A stretch of DNA of 64,000 nucleotides. Source: Synergistaceae bacterium (GTDB taxonomy: Bacteria; Synergistota; Synergistia; Synergistales; Aminobacteriaceae). The stretch is taken from assembly GCA_009783355.1 (NCBI GenBank), contig WRHH01000004.1, forward strand, positions 32,852 through 96,851, given 5' to 3'. Below are positions 28,731 through 37,843 of this stretch, piece by piece. The position numbers were made by a program, and so were the translations under genes. The notes below the pieces were generated by a model. That model had not been told where the DNA came from and made no database searches. It worked only from the letters and a program-made list of their open reading frames with translations. How positions within the stretch are numbered: position 1 is the first letter of the stretch; every line of letters starts with the position of its first letter.

Positions 28731-28960
28731 CTAAAAATCATTACAAGTATACAAATGTGCAAGCTGTTGGAGGTTGTAAGACCACCAAATAACCTTTTTT
28801 CGACGCGACAAATTTTTTCGCTTCAATGCCTTATCAATATCCACGCCGCCTAACGCGTTCATCATTGCCTTAAGCTCATACGCTATCGCATCTGCTTCAG
28901 CTTTGCTGTTTTCAGCGGCAAGAGCCGTCAAAATCTTTCTTTAGCTTCCAGTTTTTGCTA
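28731..28960 (-). pseudogene. Deletion-derivative remnant of the flotillin/NAD-kinase-like operon
   Basis: 28771..28830 matches 30559..30617 (3' end of the NADK-like gene). 28834..28956 matches 31633..31757 (flotillin C-terminal coding). The fused ORF reads LTALVAENSKAEADA...ALGGVDID. Confidence 0.75.
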
Positions 28961-29031
28961 AATTTGCTCCCATCTGGAACGCATGTTCACAATCTGTTGG
29001 GAATTGTTCCTTTTTCTGTCTTGCTTTGTTG

Positions 29032-30318
29032 TTACCACGGTAAAGGGATTATTTCAAAAGCATTTGCAACAGGGCCGACCGGCATGACCACCCTTCTTCT
29101 CACCGAGATAGCGCCTTCCTCTTTATTAAAGTAGCTCGCCGGGTAGAACCTGTCATCTGACGATGTGCTTCCACTATGATCAGGTTTCCCGGCCGGATAA
29201 TAGGTTATATCCTCAATAACGGAATCGTCAATGCTCTGCCACTGTCCCTGCCTTTTGGGCGTAAGCTGCTCCCTCTCCGTGTAGCCGGGGATGTTCGCGT
29301 TCCAATACGTGAACATACAATTGGTGAAATAGAGGCTGCCGTCGGATTCGCGCCAGTTGCCCGCCTTAAGCGTCATAAGCGAAGCCATGGACATGGAGCC
29401 AACACGGGTATATGTGACCCGCACTTCCTTAAAAGTGCCGTCGTCCTTGAATTCAAAATATATGTCGCCGCCGCCGGCAAGTCCATATTCGCCAATCACA
29501 TGAATCGTGCCGCCCCAAATACCGAAATATTTTTGTTCCTCTGCGGTAGTTGTTCTTGTGGTCAGCGGCTTTACAGGTTTCGGCGGCGGGGGCGCGGCCT
29601 GTTTTTCATGCGCCAAAGGAATATGAACAAAAGCGTTTGCAACAGCCCCGGTCGGCATGACCACCCTTCTTTCGAGGCTGAATGAACCGTTCTCACCATT
29701 GACGTAGCTTGCCGGGTATATACGGTCATATTCACTTTTGGTTCCCGATTTAGTGGGGGCGGACTCTCCGGCGGGGCAGTAAAAAGCGTCCAATATTACG
29801 ACATCGTCCTCGCTTTGCCACTGCAATATGGTCATTGGCGTGATTTGTTCCGCTGCTTCCACGTAACCGGGGTTAAACGTATTCCAGGACGTGGTCATAC
29901 GGTTGGTTAAATAAAGGTTACCGTTGGATAAATGCCAGCTGCCCGCCGCAAAAGTCATTAAGTTGGCATGATACGATAACGGCCTCTCTGACAGTTCCCG
30001 CCGGACGATGCCGACCAATACCTCCTTGAACGTGCCGTCGTCCTTGAGCTCATAATATATTTCCCCTATACCGCTCAGTTCGTCGGGATATCGGTCTATG
30101 TATCTGTAATAGTCCGTGTATCCACGGACGATGCCGCCCCAAATACCGACGTATTTTTGTTCTTCTGCGGCAATCGTTCTTGCAGTCGGCGGTTCGGTCG
30201 CTCCCGGGCTTCCTGCCCTCTGCGGCGCCTGCGCGTCCTGCGCAATGGCGGCGACCGCCGTGGCTGCGAAGATACCAGATGAGATTATTAGCGCGAGGGT
30301 CAAGATTTTCTTTTTCAT
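29032..30318 (-). CDS. Secreted protein made of two tandem homologous domains of about 190 aa each (unknown function)
   Basis: Signal peptide MKKKILTLALIISSGIFAATAVAAIA. Repeats begin TTAEEQKY(V/F)GIWGG and end RRVVMP(T/V)G(A/P)VANAF. Confidence 0.6.
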   Translation of the reverse strand: MKKKILTLALIISSGIFAATAVAAIAQDAQAPQRAGSPGATEPPTARTIAAEEQKYVGIWGGIVRGYTDYYRYIDRYPDELSGIGEIYYELKDDGTFKEVLVGIVRRELSERPLSYHANLMTFAAGSWHLSNGNLYLTNRMTTSWNTFNPGYVEAAEQITPMTILQWQSEDDVVILDAFYCPAGESAPTKSGTKSEYDRIYPASYVNGENGSFSLERRVVMPTGAVANAFVHIPLAHEKQAAPPPPKPVKPLTTRTTTAEEQKYFGIWGGTIHVIGEYGLAGGGDIYFEFKDDGTFKEVRVTYTRVGSMSMASLMTLKAGNWRESDGSLYFTNCMFTYWNANIPGYTEREQLTPKRQGQWQSIDDSVIEDITYYPAGKPDHSGSTSSDDRFYPASYFNKEEGAISVRRRVVMPVGPVANAFEIIPLPW

Positions 30319-30563
30319 TAGATGTGATTTCCTCTCTGTATTGATCTTTCCATTTTATATCATAAACACGCAGATGGGCGTACTGCTGTTGTTCCTATGC
30401 ATGCGTCAGGTATAGATAGAACGCTGATAAGAAAAATTCTGAAAATTATGATATGTCTATTGACGACTATAACAACAGAGTATAAACATTTTCTGTGGAG
30501 TAGTAAATATCTTTCGTAATCGGATCCGAATTCATGTTGGAAATTCTGCTGTATTCGTGGTTG

Positions 30564-31496
30564 TCAGACCACTAAATAGCCTTTTTTCGACGCGACAGAT
30601 ATTTTCGCTTCAATACCTGAATTGAATCGTAAAAAATCATGCTCAATTCCATCGCTGAAAATTACCCCGCCTTCCGGCATCTGCGAAATCACCAATAATG
30701 GAGAGTTGGTAATTGTCCCAAAAACAATACCTGCGCCTGTGGTATTGCTGTGGAAAGGTTCGCGTACCGAGTAATATAGAAACTCGCTGTCCCATTCGGG
30801 GAAAGTAATGCTAGAGTTTATGATTTTGCCGGTAATAACTCCGGCTATTCTGCTGGCGCCTGCAATTACGCTTTTTAACCAGCCGGTTGAACCAAGCCCC
30901 GTGGAAACAATAATTCCGCTAGATGATTGATTCTCCTCCTGTCCGTTGATTTTAATTTTGTATCTTGCCGAAACATGGGTTTGCCTTCCGATAAAAAAGT
31001 CGTTAACGGCCAATAAGCTTTGCCCATCATTCAGTTCGGCTATTGCCATTGAAATTTCTTTTTTTTGCCTGCGATTACCTAGCACTTCCCGAACAACGAC
31101 GGGCACATCAGCACAGCGAAAAGGGAGCAGCACACCGTCATATCTGGCAGGATCGGGGTTTATGGCAATAAGCGGCTGACCATTCAGGTATTTCAGCGTG
31201 TTTGCTACTAAGCCGTCCTGACCGATGACAACGACTATGTCATCTTCACTGAACATGAAATTGGGCGCGTATTCTCTATCGATTAATTGAACCCGAGCCA
31301 AATTTTTCAAGTGGTTAATTGAAGCGAAAACCGATTCTTTATAAATCCTGTCCTCTTCAACATACTCCTTGATATCTCCGCCCATTTTTTCCACATAAAA
31401 GGCTGCTTGAGCCATATTATTGAACTTTTTTACCAATTCATCCGCGCGAGTTGACCTTGTTATGACGACGATTTTGCGTTCGGGTACATAACTCAT
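30564..31496 (-). CDS. ATP-NAD kinase-fold protein (COG3199-like)
   Basis: VVVIGQDGLVAN (GGDGT-like), NDG, and SSGIIVSTGLGSTGW (the DGlivSTPtGSTAY equivalent). Start overlaps the flotillin stop (ATGA). Confidence 0.55.
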   Translation of the reverse strand: MSYVPERKIVVITRSTRADELVKKFNNMAQAAFYVEKMGGDIKEYVEEDRIYKESVFASINHLKNLARVQLIDREYAPNFMFSEDDIVVVIGQDGLVANTLKYLNGQPLIAINPDPARYDGVLLPFRCADVPVVVREVLGNRRQKKEISMAIAELNDGQSLLAVNDFFIGRQTHVSARYKIKINGQEENQSSSGIIVSTGLGSTGWLKSVIAGASRIAGVITGKIINSSITFPEWDSEFLYYSVREPFHSNTTGAGIVFGTITNSPLLVISQMPEGGVIFSDGIEHDFLRFNSGIEAKISVASKKGYLVV

Positions 31497-32509
31497 GGCG
31501 TCATCATTTCACGAATCAAATCGGGGGTGATATTCAATTGGCCGATTCTTTCCGCTTTACCCGCCAGATTCTGGAACGCATTTGCTATTAGAGTTTGCGG
31601 CTGCATGCCAATCACAGTCAATGCTTTGATGACGTCAATATCCACGCCGCCTAACGCGTTCATCATTGCCTTAAGCTCATACGCTTTAGCGTCTGCTTCA
31701 GCTTTGCTGTTTTCAGCGACAAGCGCCGTCAAAATCTTTCTTTTTTCTTCCAGTTTGATTTCCGCATCAAGCTGCTCATTTTTCAATTCATTTTGCCTTC
31801 TCATTTCAGCTTGTTCGGCATTGAGCTTAGTCTCGCGAACCTGCCAGCGTTTGTTTTCAACGGCGATTTCCGTATTGTACTCGTTTTCCTTGACGCCGCG
31901 CTCTTGTTCAATGGAGGCGTTTCTACGTTCATAAATAGCGTCGTCGGCCATTTTTAAGATTTTTTCTCTGGTTTCCGCCTCTAGTGCCCTTGAGGTTTCT
32001 TTGTTTGGTAGAACTGACAGAACCGTCAAACCCATGATCTCGATACCCAGCAATTGAATTTCTTCATTTCGCCGCAAGTCTTCAAGAATGCTCTTTGCTA
32101 GAGTTTCACTGGAGCGGATGGCGTCAGAAAGTTTTAAACCCTCCAAATGCTTTTTTGCCATGACGCGAACCAGATTACTTATTCTTACGGGAAGCTTTTC
32201 CGGGTCGTCGGATATGTAACTCTTTTTCCAACCTCTGACATCCAGTGTGAAATTAAGGAGTTTGATTAAATTTTTGTTATCTACTATACGATATGTGACC
32301 TGGCCTTGAATGGAAACCGACTGAAAATCCGCTGTGGCTTCTTCGAACATGAAAGGACAGTCGTCGCTCGCAATAGGCGCCACGACAATTGATGTGGTGG
32401 GAGCGTAGTAAAAAAAGGAAATTCCCGCGCCTTCTTTCACTACATGACCGTTTTTGAATTTAAGAACGTACTCGTTTGGTTGAAATTTGACGTAATGAAG
32501 CCCGAACAT
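31493..32509 (-). CDS. SPFH/band-7 flotillin-like protein (YqiK-like)
   Basis: SPFH domain N-terminus, and a long Glu/Ala/Lys-rich coiled-coil with a flotillin C-terminal pattern. Confidence 0.7.
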   Translation of the reverse strand: MFGLHYVKFQPNEYVLKFKNGHVVKEGAGISFFYYAPTTSIVVAPIASDDCPFMFEEATADFQSVSIQGQVTYRIVDNKNLIKLLNFTLDVRGWKKSYISDDPEKLPVRISNLVRVMAKKHLEGLKLSDAIRSSETLAKSILEDLRRNEEIQLLGIEIMGLTVLSVLPNKETSRALEAETREKILKMADDAIYERRNASIEQERGVKENEYNTEIAVENKRWQVRETKLNAEQAEMRRQNELKNEQLDAEIKLEEKRKILTALVAENSKAEADAKAYELKAMMNALGGVDIDVIKALTVIGMQPQTLIANAFQNLAGKAERIGQLNITPDLIREMMTP

Positions 32510-32531
32510 GATAATCCCTCCTAAGAATTAA

Positions 32532-33251
32532 TTATTTTTTTGTGTATAACTTTGCCGGACGATGCCCTTTGTCGCTCGTATACTTATCAGTTTCCTGAAC
32601 AAGGCCAATAATCTTAAGCCGAAAATTAGCCGTTGGAACCTTTTTCCAAAGAATCGCTTCATATGCGTTTTGAAGCTGAGTCAAAGTGAACTCGAGAGGT
32701 AATAAATGGAAAATTACGTTGCTGTATAGGATTTTAGACTGCAGTCGCCCTAAAGCCATTTTTACGATACCGAAGTGATCAAAACCAAAATCCGGTTCGG
32801 TTATTATGAGCTCCTTGTTCTGGAATACCGGTCTCCGGTCTGATGTATTCTGCACCGTAAACCATACCGCATCGCTTTGATATTTTTTTGACTCTTCTTC
32901 GTTCATAAGGCCTAAATATGATATGGAAATCACTCTTGCGCGCGGATCCCTGTCTAAATCGCAAAATGTGTAAAGTTGTTCTAAATAGCACCGGTCAACA
33001 TGTGACTTCTCGGAAATTTTTCTGCATATATTGTCGCTTGGCATCTCGTCAATATTCAAAAAACCTCCCGGCAAACACCACCTGTCCCGATACGGTTCAA
33101 CCGGTCGCTTGTACAACAGAACCCTTAAATAGGTATCCGGCAGCTTCCTATAACTGTCCGCTTCCTGTGTCTTTATGGTAAAAACAACTGCGTCGGTGCA
33201 AACAAAAGGGTGTTCATAATTATATATACTGCCCACTATCCACGCCTCCAT
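32532..33251 (-). CDS. nrtR: NrtR-family regulator (Nudix-like domain plus C-terminal winged helix)
   Basis: Nudix-like CLPGGFLNIDE. C-terminal FTLTQLQNAYEAILWKKVPTANFRLKIIGL...RPAKLY is typical of the NrtR wHTH. Confidence 0.65.
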   Translation of the reverse strand: MEAWIVGSIYNYEHPFVCTDAVVFTIKTQEADSYRKLPDTYLRVLLYKRPVEPYRDRWCLPGGFLNIDEMPSDNICRKISEKSHVDRCYLEQLYTFCDLDRDPRARVISISYLGLMNEEESKKYQSDAVWFTVQNTSDRRPVFQNKELIITEPDFGFDHFGIVKMALGRLQSKILYSNVIFHLLPLEFTLTQLQNAYEAILWKKVPTANFRLKIIGLVQETDKYTSDKGHRPAKLYTKK

Positions 33252-33265
33252 TAGTTATTATAAAA

Positions 33266-33292
33266 TAGATAATATCACTTAGATATTATCTA
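33266..33292. promoter_or_regulatory. 10-bp inverted repeat (TAGATAATAT-N7-ATATTATCTA), candidate operator just upstream of nrtR
   Basis: Perfect palindrome read directly in the sequence, 15 bp from the nrtR start codon. Confidence 0.4.
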
Positions 33293-33572
33293 ATATAATA
33301 TATCATCATCGGTTTGTCAAGCCCCCCCGCGTTATCTAAAGAAAATCTCTTGCACTCATCATTTTGATATACTATTTTGCTGCTATTAAAAGATATAGTG
33401 TTGCGAAGGAATGTTTCTGAACGGATAAAGACAAAAATTTGTGTTTCCGCTGGCGACACAAATAATCTGTACAAATCATGACGTTTGTTTATGGCTGTAT
33501 TCATGTTAATATATGTAATTATTTTGCAAATAGTAGTATTATTTTGGAAAACGAATTGAATAGAAAGGGTGG

Positions 33573-33839
33573 ATGAATATGGAGCAGAACCATTGCCAAA
33601 GCTGCGGAATGCCGATGGGCGAGGGAGACGGGTTGTATGGGACGAATTCCGACGGAAGTGTAAGCAGCGACTATTGCAGTTATTGTTACGATAATGGGGC
33701 GTTCACGACAAATTCAACGATGGAGGAAATGATCGAAATTTGTGTCCCTCATGTGTTGTCTGCTACCGGTATGAGCGAGCATGACGCGCGAAACATGATG
33801 CTCGGCTTTTTACCGTCGCTTAAGCGCTGGAAGAAATAG
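33573..33839 (+). CDS. Zinc-ribbon domain protein (Zn_ribbon_2-like)
   Basis: HCQSCGMPM...DYCSYCYDNGAFT pattern. Confidence 0.6.
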   Translation: MNMEQNHCQSCGMPMGEGDGLYGTNSDGSVSSDYCSYCYDNGAFTTNSTMEEMIEICVPHVLSATGMSEHDARNMMLGFLPSLKRWKK

Positions 33840-33847
33840 GGCGCGTC

Positions 33848-34264
33848 ATGAGGGACGCGGAACAAACGGTGGGGAACCTCATAGACAAACAGAGCGTTTC
33901 TTTCATAAGCTCCGTGGACGCTGACGGTTTTCCAAATACGAAAGCCATGCTTCCGCCGAGGAAGCGCGAGGGAATAAAGGTATTCTATTTCACCACCAAC
34001 ACGTCTTCAATGAGAGTCTCGCAGTTCATGGCAAACCCAAACGCCTGCATATATTTCTGCGACAAGCGTTTCTTCAGAGGAGTGATGCTCGTCGGCGCCG
34101 TCGAAGTCCTGCATGACAGTAAAAGTAAGGAAATGATATGGCGTGATGGAGACACGATGTACTACTCTAAGGGAGTCACCGACTCGGATTACTGCGTTTT
34201 GAAATTTACCGCGCATAAGGGAAGAATTTACGGAAACTTCAAATCGGAGGATTTTTTGGTATAA
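33848..34264 (+). CDS. Pyridoxamine 5'-phosphate oxidase-family FMN-binding protein (general stress protein 26-like)
   Basis: 138 aa with a split-barrel pattern (FISSVDADGFPNTKAM...ACIYFCD...GVMLVGAVEV). Confidence 0.55.
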   Translation: MRDAEQTVGNLIDKQSVSFISSVDADGFPNTKAMLPPRKREGIKVFYFTTNTSSMRVSQFMANPNACIYFCDKRFFRGVMLVGAVEVLHDSKSKEMIWRDGDTMYYSKGVTDSDYCVLKFTAHKGRIYGNFKSEDFLV

Positions 34265-34271
34265 CATATTT

Positions 34272-34420
34272 AAAATAATATGTGGGACGGTAATCCCATA
34301 ACACTTGAACAAGGCGGCATTGACAGGATTTTCAATACCGTCAATCTGTTTAACAAAGATAACGCGCATATTTTTCGGCGGCAAAGCAACAACGCGAATA
34401 GATGGAGGGTATTATATTTG
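34272..34420 (+). pseudogene. Duplicated 3' fragment of the phzF-like gene
   Basis: About 145 bp, roughly 90% identical to 36228..36365. Encodes MWDGNPITLEQGGIDRIFNTVNLF. Confidence 0.7.
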
Positions 34421-34508
34421 AAGATAATTCTAAGCTGCGTTATTTTTATAATAGCGATGGCTTAAAAATGACCAACGAACAGTTTAAAAACTAAAGGAGC
34501 GGAGGATA

Positions 34509-34802
34509 ATGCTGACAATTGATTTTATAAAAGAGACAGTAATTCCATTAGCAAAAAAATATGATATTGTAAAAATCGATTTATTCGGTTCATACGCCAG
34601 TGGAAAGGCAAATGATAAATCTGACGCGGACTTCCTTGTTACGTTCAAAGTCGAAGTACCATCCATTTTTAGAGTTATGGGATTTAAGCATGAACTTGAA
34701 ACCAGTTTGAATCATCCCGTTGACATAGTTACGTTGCCGCAGTCGCGACCAGAAAAGCTGCTTATTGAAGAGGTGGTTAGTATATATGAATATGCGGGAT
34801 AG
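34509..34802 (+). CDS. mntA: Nucleotidyltransferase antitoxin (MntA-like)
   Basis: GSYASGKANDKSDADFLV (GSxxxGxxxxxSDxD). Confidence 0.7.
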   Translation: MLTIDFIKETVIPLAKKYDIVKIDLFGSYASGKANDKSDADFLVTFKVEVPSIFRVMGFKHELETSLNHPVDIVTLPQSRPEKLLIEEVVSIYEYAG

Positions 34803-35112
34803 AACACATATTGACAGGATTAAGAAGGAATTATGCTTTATTAAAAGAACTACAGGACAGATTAGCAAAGAAAAGTTCTTATCAGATGACGTTTTTCAGC
34901 ACGCGATTTCAATGTCCTTAATAACCATCGGCGAATGCGCAAATCATTTATCAGAAGAATTCAAAGAACACCATCCGCAAATACAATGGATACAAATAAT
35001 TGCGGTCAGAAATATTGCTTCACATGGTTATTGGCAGCTTGACATGAAGCAGATATGGAAAGCCGTCGAAGAAGACATACCCGAACTTATGGAATTCTTT
35101 CTGAAATTTTGA
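34765..35112 (+). CDS. hepT: HepT-like (DUF86/HEPN) toxin
   Basis: RNIASHGYWQLD (Rx4HxY motif). Overlaps mntA by 38 bp. Confidence 0.7.
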   Translation: MKRWLVYMNMRDRTHIDRIKKELCFIKRTTGQISKEKFLSDDVFQHAISMSLITIGECANHLSEEFKEHHPQIQWIQIIAVRNIASHGYWQLDMKQIWKAVEEDIPELMEFFLKF

Positions 35113-35483
35113 ACATCAATGGCAAAGGAAATGGCGATGAGTGAGTGGGATAAAAAGTAGCTATGGAAATGATTGCTGTTAATCTGTTTTCGTTGGTCGG
35201 GATTTTAAGAAGCTGTTTTTCCGTTTGCATTGCATCCAACTCACACATGAAGATGATGTGTTGCGGCTTTGGTTATGGGTAATGAATATATCCCCCTTGA
35301 ACACCTCTCGAAATCATGATTCTTGCGGCGAAGTCGATTCCTCCTTCACAACCGCTAAACTTATAACCCAAAGGTTTCAATATTCTAATTATGCTGTTTA
35401 TCTGCGGGGAGTGGACAGCATTTTCAAGCCTTGCGATATTGTTGTATTATAGTATTGGCATGTATTTGGGGGAGAGTGATTTT

Positions 35484-36365
35484 ATGAAAAAATATGATTA
35501 CAAAAAAGTTGACGCTTTTACTTCCAATAACTCGTTAGGAAATCCTGCGGCTTGCGTTTATTTAAACGAAGGACAGTCATTGGCTGAGGATGAAATGCTA
35601 AGCATCGCGAAACAGCATAAAGGTTTTGTTTCGGAAGTTGTTTACTGCACAAATAATGGCAGTTGCGGTTTTGACTTGGCGTATTATTCATCGGAATGCG
35701 AAGTCCCGTTTTGCGGCCATGGCACAATTGCATGTATGTATTCGTTGATAAAAGATTCTCCTGAATTGTTGAAACAGTCGGAGATAATTATTCATACCCG
35801 AACCAAAGGAAGCCTCATAATTTACAATAAAATAACTGAACAGGACGCAGTTTACATTTCAGCGCCCGAGCCGGTATATTCATCTGTTCCTATATCTTTA
35901 GAAGCTATTATTGATTGCTTAAGCGTGGATATATCGGCGATTTCAGACGCTTATCCTGTTGATTTTATCGACGCGGGAAACAGAACTCTAATCATACCGA
36001 TAAGAGGCTTGGAAGACGAAATAAACATCTTCCCGAATGAGCAAACCTTAAAAGAATTCTCGTTGAATAACGGCATAGACGTTATTTTGATTTTCTGCAC
36101 AGAAGTAATGGACGAAGCGCATTTTGCGCATACGAGGGTGTTCGCGGCGAAATACGGCTATCTTGAAGACCCCGCTACAGGCTCTGCAAATAGCGCTTTC
36201 GGCTATTATCTTCTGAAAAATAATATGTGGGACGGCAATCCCATAACACTTGAACAAGGCGGCATTGACAGGATTTTCAATACCGTTAATCTGTTTCACA
36301 AAGATAATAGAATATTTTTCGGCGGCAAAGCGACAACGCGAATAGAAGGGGTTTATTATATTTAA
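35484..36365 (+). CDS. PhzF-family isomerase-like protein
   Basis: KVDAFTSNNSLGNPAACVYL, FCGHGTIA. Start at MKKYDYK, with a GGGGGAGAG RBS. Confidence 0.75.
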   Translation: MKKYDYKKVDAFTSNNSLGNPAACVYLNEGQSLAEDEMLSIAKQHKGFVSEVVYCTNNGSCGFDLAYYSSECEVPFCGHGTIACMYSLIKDSPELLKQSEIIIHTRTKGSLIIYNKITEQDAVYISAPEPVYSSVPISLEAIIDCLSVDISAISDAYPVDFIDAGNRTLIIPIRGLEDEINIFPNEQTLKEFSLNNGIDVILIFCTEVMDEAHFAHTRVFAAKYGYLEDPATGSANSAFGYYLLKNNMWDGNPITLEQGGIDRIFNTVNLFHKDNRIFFGGKATTRIEGVYYI

Positions 36366-36457
36366 TAGTTTTTAACAAAAGAGCAGATAAATCAAATCCC
36401 CTGTAAACGCTTTTTGCGTGCAGGGGAAAACTCACTTTAGTCTGAGGAAAAGAAGCG

Positions 36458-37456
36458 TTAGTTTATCATACTTTGTATTTGTTCCACGGGCAAACCTGTA
36501 CTCTTAGTGATTATTTCCAGTGGTATTCCATTAAAAAGAAGATTCCTTGCCACTTCTTCTTTACCTTTTACAAAGCCTTTTTCCATGCCTTTTTCCATGC
36601 CTTTTTCCATGCCTTTTTCCATGCCGCGCTCTTCAGCCATTCTTTCTTCCACTTGTTTAAGAAAAGGCTCATACATAAGCTTTCCCTCCTTATTCAGTTG
36701 TTGGCAGTATTCCCAATATTGTTTCTGCAACATTTCATCTTTCAGATTTAATATACGTATTATAAAAAGTACAAGGTCGCGTTTCTCGTTCTTGTCCCAG
36801 CTCCGTTCAGCGAGAAGTTCCGTCAACGTTCGCAGGTATTTAAACTTCTGAATCTCCTCTTTTGTTTTCTGCGCACACATTGCAGCGTAAAGGGCTAGGT
36901 CTATCGGGTTGTCGCTTATTCGTAACTCGTCGTCGTTGAGTTCCATCAAAACGAGATTATTATACCTGTAAACAATTTCCGTGCCAAAATTGGAATGAGA
37001 ATAAAACCGCTCATCTTTTCTATGACCGCTTGTAATGATAGCCAGAGCCACTGGATTTTTCCTGTAATGCGCATATATCAGACAACAGTAATGAAACATT
37101 CTCTCGGCAAGATTGCCTCCACCAGAACCTTGTTGAGCCTCACAATGGAGGAGTATCCACTTATCATTCCCGTTTTTCAATGGCACTTCAAGTATGAGAT
37201 CGGCAAAATGCGGGCTCGTATGAATTGACGGGTCTCCCGTATTCAGGATGTCACGAAATTCCTTATCGAGAAGCCGGTGAGACCGGTTCGTATCAACTGC
37301 ATTGTAAAGCTCCGGGAGCGCCCTTTTAAGCAAATAGTAAATGAAACGGTCTATTAAATCCTTCCAATAACTATCGTAATCGAAATATTCCTGCTTTTCG
37401 GAGCCGTTATAATATGCCCCCGTATTCGCTATATCTGTGATGTTCTCTGCCGTCAT
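36458..37456 (-). CDS. Rpn-family (YhgA-like) PD-(D/E)XK recombination-promoting nuclease/putative transposase
   Basis: N-terminal PD-(D/E)XK core. C-terminal DUF4351-like tail with (GMEK)x4 encoded by a 12-nt tandem repeat at 36576..36625, and ARNLLFNGIPLEIITKSTGLPVEQIQ. Confidence 0.65.
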   Translation of the reverse strand: MTAENITDIANTGAYYNGSEKQEYFDYDSYWKDLIDRFIYYLLKRALPELYNAVDTNRSHRLLDKEFRDILNTGDPSIHTSPHFADLILEVPLKNGNDKWILLHCEAQQGSGGGNLAERMFHYCCLIYAHYRKNPVALAIITSGHRKDERFYSHSNFGTEIVYRYNNLVLMELNDDELRISDNPIDLALYAAMCAQKTKEEIQKFKYLRTLTELLAERSWDKNEKRDLVLFIIRILNLKDEMLQKQYWEYCQQLNKEGKLMYEPFLKQVEERMAEERGMEKGMEKGMEKGMEKGFVKGKEEVARNLLFNGIPLEIITKSTGLPVEQIQSMIN

Positions 37457-37512
37457 AAGCTTTCACCTCTGAATGAACCATTATAACACGTTTCTTCTAA
37501 AAACACCGGAAT

Positions 37513-37582
37513 ATCACTGAACAGGACGCAGTTTACATTTCAGCGGCAAAGCGACAACGCGATTAGGGGGGTATTATTATTG
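37513..37582 (+). pseudogene. Internally deleted remnant of the phzF-like gene
   Basis: 37515..37544 matches 35838..35867, then joins directly to a match of 36322..36360. Confidence 0.6.
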
Positions 37583-37843
37583 AGTTCGGAAAACTATACT
37601 GCTCAATTCTCAATTTCAGGCGGGCACATTATTGTTGCCTTAATTGTTGTCATTCTTCAGACAGCCTTTTGCTGATGTATAAAGCATTGTTCAAAACTCT
37701 TGTGATATAGACCGTTTCAAACCTGATTACAAAGAAAACTATATAATTATCAACAATCAATGACTAAAACCACTTGGAACACTCAGCTTCTGAACCTATT
37801 ATCTATATTCGTTACGTCATATATTCAAAGGACAACTCTCTTC

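Noticed and set aside
36576-36625. Possible CRISPR-like short direct repeats
   Set aside because: The 12-nt units are perfectly tandem with no spacers and lie in-frame inside the Rpn gene, encoding GMEK. This is not a CRISPR array. No CRISPR repeat-spacer structure was found anywhere in the window.
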